Assembly: GCA_051382295.1 (NCBI GenBank)
Contig: JBBCAW010000031.1
Location: forward strand, 27,710-91,709
Length of the DNA stretch: 64,000 nt
From: Bdellovibrionota bacterium FG-1
GTDB lineage: Bacteria; Bdellovibrionota; UBA1018
Direction of reading: 5' to 3'
The notes under the pieces were generated by a model, which had not been told where the DNA came from, made no database searches, and saw only the letters and a list, made by a program, of their open reading frames with translations. The position numbers were made by a program, and so were the translations under genes. Of the stretch, positions 54,255 through 64,000 are shown piece after piece. How positions within the stretch are numbered: position 1 is the first letter of the stretch; each line of letters opens with the position of its first letter.

Positions 54255-55058
54255 ATGGGCAAGATCATTGCTGTTGCCAACCAAAAGGGCGGAGTGGGAA
54301 AAACCACCACAACGGTCAATTTGGCGGCATCCTTGGCCATGGCGGAACGCCGGACCCTGGTTTTGGATCTTGATCCCCAGGGAAATGCGTCTTCGGCGCT
54401 GGGTGTTGACCGCACCAGTTTGTCCGATTCTAATACCGTGTATGCCGCGTTGATGGGGGCAGCGAAGATTTCTGAAATTCTTCGACCCACTGAAGTTGAT
54501 TATCTTTTTGTGGCGCCCTCTAATAACGATCTTGCGGGAGCAGAGGTTGAGTTGGTGACTGCATTTGCGCGCGAGGCCAAGTTGAAGGCCGTTTTGGCGG
54601 AAATTCGCGGGCAATTTGACTATATTTTGATTGACTGTCCGCCATCTCTGGGGATGCTCACGATCAATGCACTCAATGCGGCTGATAGTTTTCTTGTCCC
54701 GCTTCAGTGTGAGTACTTTGCTTTAGAAGGGCTAAGCCAGCTCATGCACACGGTCTCGCTTATTCGGCAAAGCATCAATCCCGCGTTGGTCGAAGAGGGG
54801 ATTGTTCTAACCATGTTTGATGGTCGAAATAATTTGGCCAATGAAGTGGTTAAAGAAGTGAGGACGCATTTCGGATCCAAAGTCTTTGATACCGTGGTTC
54901 CCCGTAATGTTCGGTTGAGCGAGTGTTCGAGTTTTGGCAAACCGATTCTTCTCTACGATATCGATTCGAAGGGTTGTTTGGCGTATCTCAATTTAGCCAA
55001 AGAACTTCTCTGTCGGAACCAACCCGTAGAGGTTGCTCAGCCCACGATGAGTTTGTAG
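54255..55058 (+). CDS. parA: Chromosome partitioning ATPase
   Basis: NQKGGVGKTT, DLDPQGNAS and IDCPPSLG motifs; GGAGGA SD before ATG 54255. Confidence 0.96.
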   Translation: MGKIIAVANQKGGVGKTTTTVNLAASLAMAERRTLVLDLDPQGNASSALGVDRTSLSDSNTVYAALMGAAKISEILRPTEVDYLFVAPSNNDLAGAEVELVTAFAREAKLKAVLAEIRGQFDYILIDCPPSLGMLTINALNAADSFLVPLQCEYFALEGLSQLMHTVSLIRQSINPALVEEGIVLTMFDGRNNLANEVVKEVRTHFGSKVFDTVVPRNVRLSECSSFGKPILLYDIDSKGCLAYLNLAKELLCRNQPVEVAQPTMSL

Positions 55059-55088
55059 TTTTTGAAATAAGAATTTTTTGGAGGAATT

Positions 55089-56027
55089 GTGGCACAAAAG
55101 CCTGTGTTAGGAAAAGGTCTGGCGTCTCTTTTTCCGGGGGTTCCTCAGGCGCAGGCCCCTGTGGGTGCAGGTGCCATGGCTGGCGCCATGGGCGAAAACC
55201 GCGACCGTCAGCAGGGAATCGCGTTGGCCCGCCTTGAGGACATTCAAGTTAATCAGTATCAACCGCGTCGAGAATTTGACGATGGGCCGCTCGAAGAATT
55301 AGCCCAATCGATTCGAGCGAACGGCATCATTCAGCCCCTCGTTGTTCGAAAAAATCCCCAGGGCGGCTATGAGCTCATTGCTGGTGAGCGTCGTCTTCGC
55401 GCGTCGAAGATGGCGGGACTTAAGCAAGTCCCCATTGTGATTCGCCGATCTACCGATCGCGAAGCACTCGAGCTTGCGTTGATCGAAAATATTCAGCGAG
55501 AAAACCTCAATTGCGTTGACGAAGCCCTAGCCTATTTTCAGTTGGTTCAAGATTTCTCTTTGACCCAAGAGGAGGTGGCGCAGCGCGTTGGAAAAGACCG
55601 AACCACGGTGGCCAATTTTTTGCGACTATTACGACTTCCGGAAGCCATTATTGATGACCTTAAGCGTCAAATATTGTCGTTTGGCCACGGAAAGGCTCTT
55701 CTTGGTCTCGAAGATAGTGATCTCAAGCTTCGCGCCCGCGCCCAGATCGTCGAAAAACGCATGAGCGTTCGCGATGCTGAGGCATTGGTTGACCAGCTTA
55801 AGCGGTCAAACGAGGCAATTGCAGCAACCTCTTCTCCGACGAGTCCGGCCAAAGAATTAAGCAAGGCGGGACAGCGGATGCAGACGCTCGCTCAAGATCT
55901 GACGCGGCAGTGGTCGGCAAGAGTAGAGTTAAAGGGTTCGGAACGTCGTGGAAAAATTATTTTTCACTTTGGATCACGGCAAGAGCTTGATCGTATTTTA
56001 GAAGCGATGCAAAATAATAAGATATGA
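55089..56027 (+). CDS. parB: Chromosome partitioning protein
   Basis: LGKGLASL, QPRREF, IAGERRLRA, ENIQRENL and HTH. Confidence 0.96.
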   Translation: MAQKPVLGKGLASLFPGVPQAQAPVGAGAMAGAMGENRDRQQGIALARLEDIQVNQYQPRREFDDGPLEELAQSIRANGIIQPLVVRKNPQGGYELIAGERRLRASKMAGLKQVPIVIRRSTDREALELALIENIQRENLNCVDEALAYFQLVQDFSLTQEEVAQRVGKDRTTVANFLRLLRLPEAIIDDLKRQILSFGHGKALLGLEDSDLKLRARAQIVEKRMSVRDAEALVDQLKRSNEAIAATSSPTSPAKELSKAGQRMQTLAQDLTRQWSARVELKGSERRGKIIFHFGSRQELDRILEAMQNNKI

Positions 56028-56428
56028 GTCGTTCTCTCGATCTGAGCGTACCGTCTTCCCATGCTGGGGTTACTGGAGTCATTGACCACGGATGCGAATT
56101 CGAGGGAAAGCTCAGCTTTCAAGGAACGGTACGGATTGCCGGGACATTTAGAGGGGACATTTTTACGCCTGACACGCTGATCATTGGTGAGGGCGCCCGG
56201 ATTTTTGGTCAAATCGACGCCGGAGTGGTGGTAATTAGCGGAGAGGTGAACGGCAGTGTCCGGGCCAAACACCGAGTCGAGATTCATCACCCCGCTATTT
56301 TCCGTGGCGATATTCTTACTCCTAGCCTGAGTGTTGATGAAGGCGTAATCTTCGAGGGCAGCAGTAAAATGGCCCACACGGTTCCTTCTCCTGTTCATTC
56401 TTTTCTTGCACCAGAAATATCCAAATAA
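56024..56428 (+). CDS. Bactofilin (polymer-forming cytoskeletal protein)
   Basis: Beta-helix repeats FEGKLSFQGTVRIAGTFRGDI...GVIFEGS; overlaps parB stop. Confidence 0.9.
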   Translation: MSRSLDLSVPSSHAGVTGVIDHGCEFEGKLSFQGTVRIAGTFRGDIFTPDTLIIGEGARIFGQIDAGVVVISGEVNGSVRAKHRVEIHHPAIFRGDILTPSLSVDEGVIFEGSSKMAHTVPSPVHSFLAPEISK

Positions 56429-56509
56429 CTTGACCGCGCTCCTCGACGCGTGTTAGCCCCGTTGATAATTTCCCTAATCAATCTGGCCTTCTAACGGGGT
56501 ATCAGCGGA

Positions 56510-56953
56510 ATGAGCGCAATTCTTGAGCAGCTGGAGATCAACCGAACGTTCTTCATTCAGCTCGCTATTTTTGCAATTCTTTATTTGCTTCTCAGTGCGG
56601 TCTATTTTCGGCCGTTTTTGCGTCTTTTCGAGCACCGTCATCAGAGGACGGTGGCTGATCGAGAAGCCGCAGAACGTCTGATGATTCAGGCTAATCTCAA
56701 GCTGGACGAGTATCGGACGCAGCTTGCGGAAGAGCGACTTGCCGCAAAGAAGATTTATGAAGCGGCTCTCGATGAGGCCAAAAAGCAGGAAGCGGCCATC
56801 TTAGGGCGCGCAAGGGAAGAGGCAAAAAAGATCACGCAAGAAGCGGCGGATTCTGTGGCGCGTCAGCGCGACCAAATCAAGGCTCAGCTCGAGTTGGATG
56901 TCGAGGGCATGGCTCGTGGAATTTCTGAAAAGCTCCTTTCGAGGAAAATCTAA
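56510..56953 (+). CDS. atpF: ATP synthase subunit b'
   Basis: N-terminal TM, FRPF motif, coiled coil; precedes b and delta. Confidence 0.85.
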   Translation: MSAILEQLEINRTFFIQLAIFAILYLLLSAVYFRPFLRLFEHRHQRTVADREAAERLMIQANLKLDEYRTQLAEERLAAKKIYEAALDEAKKQEAAILGRAREEAKKITQEAADSVARQRDQIKAQLELDVEGMARGISEKLLSRKI

Positions 56954-57427
56954 ATGAGCGATTTGATTTACCCCTTTATCAATTTTTCGATTTTGATCGC
57001 CGTCCTTGTGGTCTATCTTCGTGAGCCGATTCGGGTTTTCGTTCGAACCCGCCATGAAAATTTACGTGACGAGCTTCAAAGAGTGCGGGACCTCTTAGTT
57101 CAGGCACAGTCCAAGTATGATGAGTTCTCGGGCAAGCTGAAGGCGATGGATGCTGAAATCCAGACGATGCGGGAGCAGGCCAAGCAAGATGGCGTGGCCG
57201 CCCAAAATCGGTTGCTCGCCGAAGCCCAACGTCTGAGCGCCACCATTATTTCAGATTCCCGGGCGGCCTCTGGCGGCCTCTATTCGCAACTTCGACATGA
57301 GCTCATTACTGATGTAGGGCTACGTGTGCTCAGTCGAGCCGAAGCCATTCTTCACGAACGTCTCACGGGAGATGATCGCGTGCGGATTCGGCAGGAGTTT
57401 TCGACCCAGGTGGAGAGTGCTCAATGA
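56954..57427 (+). CDS. atpF: ATP synthase subunit b
   Basis: INFSIL TM followed by coiled coil. Confidence 0.85.
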   Translation: MSDLIYPFINFSILIAVLVVYLREPIRVFVRTRHENLRDELQRVRDLLVQAQSKYDEFSGKLKAMDAEIQTMREQAKQDGVAAQNRLLAEAQRLSATIISDSRAASGGLYSQLRHELITDVGLRVLSRAEAILHERLTGDDRVRIRQEFSTQVESAQ

Positions 57428-57981
57428 GTTTGCCCCTATCTTACGCAAGAGCACTTTATGAGGCCGCCAAGGATACCGGCGGAGCGACCACAGAAATGGA
57501 CCAGCTCGAAGAACAGCTGGACTCCTTTTCGATGATGTTAGAGACGCATCGAGATCTTCACAAAATCTTGCTTGGGCCGATCGCCTCTTTGAAGGAAAAA
57601 ACCGCCATTATCGAGGAAATTGCAAAAAGGGCTGGTTTTCCGGTTCTTTTGCGTCATTTTGTTTTGTTGCTGATTGCAAAGGACAGGCTTTCGTTTTTTT
57701 ATAAAATTAGAGAGGCGTTTTCGACCGTGCGGTTAGCTGCTGAGGGAGGCGTTTCGGGGCGCTTGGTGTCGTCCGAGCCGTTGACCGATTTGGACATTCA
57801 AGGGTTGGCGGCGGCGTTTAGTAAAAAGTTGGCGAAAAAGGTGGCGTTTTTGGTGTCCACGGACGCGTCTTTGCTCGCAGGAATGAAAGTTACAGTGAAT
57901 GGCGTAACCTATGACGGTTCTTTGAAGACGCAACTTCAGCAGCTTCGGGACAGCGTTATGACGGGTTATGCACCCAGGTAA
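57424..57981 (+). CDS. atpH: ATP synthase delta
   Basis: YARALYE, DASLLAG and YDGSLKTQL motifs. Confidence 0.92.
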   Translation: MSLPLSYARALYEAAKDTGGATTEMDQLEEQLDSFSMMLETHRDLHKILLGPIASLKEKTAIIEEIAKRAGFPVLLRHFVLLLIAKDRLSFFYKIREAFSTVRLAAEGGVSGRLVSSEPLTDLDIQGLAAAFSKKLAKKVAFLVSTDASLLAGMKVTVNGVTYDGSLKTQLQQLRDSVMTGYAPR

Positions 57982-58016
57982 AAGCGGTAATTAGGTTAAA
58001 AGTTTCGAGGAAAATT

Positions 58017-59522
<1,506 letters not shown>

Positions 59523-59556
59523 TCCGCTTTGAATCAGTCAACGAAACGAGTAATCC

Positions 59557-60477
59557 ATGGCTAGCATCAAGGACTTAAAAAAGCGCATCGGCACTGTGAA
59601 GAATACACAGCAGACGACGCGCGCCATGAAAATGGTGTCCGCCGCCAAGCTTCGACGAGCCCAGGACGCGATTCATAGTCAGCGTCCTTATGCCAAACGC
59701 CTCGGCGAGCTCATTGCATTGATGTCGTCGCTGGCGACTGAACCGGTTGAATCCCCGCTTTTGAAACGGGAACGCGAACTCGAAGATGGCGAAAAGAAGA
59801 AGGTCGTTCTAGTTTTGGTGACCTCAGACCGTGGGCTTTGCGGTCCTTTTAACTCGAGCATTATTAAGACGGCCCAAAAGTGGGTCAAAGATAACGGCGC
59901 TCAATACCAGGCGGTTGAGTTTATGTTCCTGGGGCGTAAGGGATTTGAATTCTACCGAACCAAGAAAGTTGCGCTCATCGGAACCCATTTTCAGGAGCTT
60001 GCGGGCAAAGTAACATTTGCTAACGCAAAAAAGCTGTCGGATGCCCTCATTGAGGTCTATGTCACCGGGCGTGCGGATGAAGTCAAGTTTGTGTTTAACG
60101 AATTTGTCAATGCCGTGACCCAACGGCCCGTAGTTTTGGATTTTTTGCCCATCAAGGCAAAAGAAAGCGATTCTTCCGGCCAGGAAGGGGCCTCAGGCGG
60201 GACGCCTGTGGATCAGGCGATGTATATCGTACGTCCGAGCCATGCAGTCGTTCTCCAGGAGTTGATCGCCAAAAACTTTAGCGCCCAAGCATTCAGGGTG
60301 ATGTTGGAGTCTCAGGCGGGTGAACATGGGGCACGAATGTCTGCGATGGAGAATGCGACGAAAAATGCCGGCGATATGATTAAAAGTCTATCGCTTCAGT
60401 ACAACAAACAGCGACAAGCCAGTATTACGAAGGAGCTTCTCGAAATTATTTCGGGCAGCGAATCGCAAAAAAGTTAA
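59557..60477 (+). CDS. atpG: ATP synthase gamma
   Basis: TRAMKMVSAAK, SDRGLCG and RQASITKELLEIISG motifs. Confidence 0.97.
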   Translation: MASIKDLKKRIGTVKNTQQTTRAMKMVSAAKLRRAQDAIHSQRPYAKRLGELIALMSSLATEPVESPLLKRERELEDGEKKKVVLVLVTSDRGLCGPFNSSIIKTAQKWVKDNGAQYQAVEFMFLGRKGFEFYRTKKVALIGTHFQELAGKVTFANAKKLSDALIEVYVTGRADEVKFVFNEFVNAVTQRPVVLDFLPIKAKESDSSGQEGASGGTPVDQAMYIVRPSHAVVLQELIAKNFSAQAFRVMLESQAGEHGARMSAMENATKNAGDMIKSLSLQYNKQRQASITKELLEIISGSESQKS

Positions 60478-60493
60478 AAGTTTATAGGATTAA

Positions 60494-61930
<1,437 letters not shown>

Positions 61931-61960
61931 AGCTGGTACCAATGAAGCAGGAGGTTTGAA

Positions 61961-62236
61961 ATGGCATCGCTTAAACTCACCATTCTCTCTCCCGAGCGGA
62001 GACTGGCTGAAGGGCTTCTGATTGATGAGGTCACCCTCTGCGGAAGCGAGGGCCAAATTCAAATCCTTCCAGGGCATGCCGCCATGGTCGGAACGCTGGA
62101 AGACGGGGAAATTAGTTACAAACCGTCGGGGGCGCCCCGGGCTAAGGGTGTGATTTCTGCTGGATTTTTCGAGGTTCGTGATGACCTTGTCAGTGTATTG
62201 GCAGAGGCTCTTGAAATTCAGGACGGTAATTGGTAG
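61961..62236 (+). CDS. atpC: ATP synthase epsilon (N-terminal domain only)
   Basis: ILSPE, EGQIQILPGHA and GFFEV..VSVLAE motifs; 91 aa. Confidence 0.9.
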   Translation: MASLKLTILSPERRLAEGLLIDEVTLCGSEGQIQILPGHAAMVGTLEDGEISYKPSGAPRAKGVISAGFFEVRDDLVSVLAEALEIQDGNW

Positions 62237-62289
62237 GCATTTAAATCAGTCTAGCCAAACGTTCCATTTCAGTTATTCTATGAATTGAA

Positions 62290-64000
62290 TTGAAACTCAA
62301 CCCAAGTAGTTCGGCAATTTGCAGCGGAATACTGGTCTCAGCCTCCTTAGGGCTAATGGCGGGTATCGCTTTATCGTTGAGTAACACGTCTTCGTTGACG
62401 ATCAATCCCCGGGCACTTGTTTGGATTACCCAAACGTCTTTTGGTATTTCTGAGGGGGCCACCCAGGCTCGGGTCGAGATGGCGGGATTGGCGGCCGGTC
62501 TTCCCTCGGAGGCTAAACCGCTTTGGACCCCTGTGACGGCACTGAGTCACCGCCGCAAATGGATTGACCGTGTTAGAAGTGTGGCGGCAGCGCCGGAACA
62601 AAACAGAGTGGGCGATGACAGCAGTGTCTATCGACAGTTTTACCGTCAAATGCGAGCCCAGTTTTTTGCCGCAATTCGTCCAGCTGGTCCTGTCCCCCAA
62701 CAAGTGGCTATTCAGCCAGTTTTGATTATCCAGAAACCCAAAAGTGCAAGTCAGGCCAAGGTGACTACTCGGTCGCTGGCGCGGCACCATGGTTCGGTTC
62801 GGGTAGAGACGGTTCCAGGGCGAAGTGTCAGGTTAGCGACGAATACTCAAAGCTCAACAGAAGATGCACGAGGGGAGTTGATTGAGGCGGCAGTCACCCC
62901 GTTGGCGACCGCCTATGATGTTTTCCGGCAACAAACAGAAAACACCTATAAGGAGATTGCCGCAATCGCCCAGAAACTTTTTGGGGTCCAGGAAGCGTCA
63001 GCCCAAGAGATTGAAAAATCGGCCCCGGTTGTTGCTCAGTGGGTCACGCGAATGAATATTCAAAACCCCACCCAAAGCCCGCGAGTCCCGTCTGTGTTGC
63101 AGAGCCAAAAGCTAGCCCAAGGGGCGGCCGATAAATTATCCAACGATCATTTGAATATCCACGGACGGCAGGATGGATTACGCAGGAATGAGTATCCAAT
63201 TGAGGTACATCCGACTCCGGCACCAACGCTTTCGCCAGTGACTAACCATGTGGTTGAAGCCTTTGAGTGGTCAACCCCGGTGGAGCCGGTGCTTGAAGAA
63301 ACGTTAACGACTGAAGGTTGGATGACTATCCGTGCTGCTGATCATTGGCCAGTCATCTATTGGAATCCATCGAACAAGAATCAGGCAGCAATGATTTCAA
63401 ATAATACGGCGCTTATGTTGGCTAAGCGCGTAGACCTTGCCTTAACGCCACAAGCTGACACAGGAATCGTTTTTGGAAAACTTCCCGCTGGCTGGGAAGT
63501 TGAACTTTCTGGCCGGGCGGAAAAAGTAGTTTATCTGGATTATCACAACGGATTAGCACCCACGGCAGAGGCGCCCCGAACCTTTGCTTTTCTAAATGTC
63601 GCACCGGGTACGCAAATGATGGTGATCAAGTCGGTTCCAAGTGGGCGGACTTCATCAGTGGGGTTCGCTGTTGTTAATGGTGCTTCGACCTATCTGGATT
63701 TCACTCAAATGAGTCCGCGCAACATAAGCGGTTATGTTTTGGATGTTGGCAATGAGGCGGCACAACCTTTGGCAGGGGTCGTGGTGAGTATTGTTGGGCA
63801 GGCTAATCGCGTGTTTTTGACCGGCGCTTTAGGGACCTTTCAGTTTGATTCCGTCGACACCATTTCGGATATGCCACTTTACCTCGAGACTGCGAGCGTC
63901 ACCGGATACAAACATCGATATCGCGTGTCGCCTATGGGACCGGTTGCTGATCTCAAATTATATCGTCTTTCGGACCAACAGATTCAGGGTTGGGTGGGGC
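62290..64000 (+). CDS. Large exported hypothetical protein, partial (runs off window), with beta-sandwich/carboxypeptidase-regulatory-like repeats
   Basis: Not in the ORF track. Hand translation from TTG 62290 appears open to the window end, with an N-terminal hydrophobic segment and FLNVAPG and ISGYVLD...QPLAGVVVSIVG motifs. Confidence 0.65.
   Translation, partial: MKLNPSSSAICSGILVSASLGLMAGIALSLSNTSSLTINPRALVWITQTSFGISEGATQARVEMAGLAAGLPSEAKPLWTPVTALSHRRKWIDRVRSVAAAPEQNRVGDDSSVYRQFYRQMRAQFFAAIRPAGPVPQQVAIQPVLIIQKPKSASQAKVTTRSLARHHGSVRVETVPGRSVRLATNTQSSTEDARGELIEAAVTPLATAYDVFRQQTENTYKEIAAIAQKLFGVQEASAQEIEKSAPVVAQWVTRMNIQNPTQSPRVPSVLQSQKLAQGAADKLSNDHLNIHGRQDGLRRNEYPIEVHPTPAPTLSPVTNHVVEAFEWSTPVEPVLEETLTTEGWMTIRAADHWPVIYWNPSNKNQAAMISNNTALMLAKRVDLALTPQADTGIVFGKLPAGWEVELSGRAEKVVYLDYHNGLAPTAEAPRTFAFLNVAPGTQMMVIKSVPSGRTSSVGFAVVNGASTYLDFTQMSPRNISGYVLDVGNEAAQPLAGVVVSIVGQANRVFLTGALGTFQFDSVDTISDMPLYLETASVTGYKHRYRVSPMGPVADLKLYRLSDQQIQGWVG

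Overview
This window is the replication-origin region of a bacterial chromosome. Gene content and order suggest a Bdellovibrionota/Oligoflexia-like or other former 'deltaproteobacterial' genome (inference). Left to right: (1) a minus-strand complex I-like operon nuoA-B-C-D-H-I-J-K-L... with no nuoEFG between D and H; (2) hyp-mfd-ppiC-surA-pdxA-pmm/pgm-uvrA-metallophosphoesterase; (3) an AAA+/DUF4143 ATPase, a TRL-like lipoprotein and the Fo genes atpZ/I/B/E; (4) dnaN-recF-gyrB-fabH-gyrA-TPR; (5) a clear oriC at ~30.8-31.3 kb with ~20 DnaA-box-like sites and a DnaA-trio unwinding element; (6) rpmH-rnpA-yidD-yidC-mnmE-hbd-crt-bcd-icmA-icmB, with dnaA divergent from rpmH and ~9 kb from oriC/dnaN; (7) aldehyde dehydrogenase, class II RNR and tRNA-Gly(CCC); (8) a ~6 kb accessory block with secreted Cys-rich proteins, a duplicated 77-bp element and a decayed histidine kinase-CheR locus; (9) mnmG-rsmG-parS-parAB-bactofilin-atpF'FHAGDC and a large partial ORF. 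The most striking observation is the complex I-like operon. It is intact, tightly coupled and keeps all its Fe-S ligands, yet by eye-alignment it has lost the quinone-site residues of NuoD and the charged proton-translocation residues of NuoA/H/J/K/L. The separation of dnaA from oriC-dnaN is consistent with an inversion. All alignments and counts were done by eye, with no database searches.
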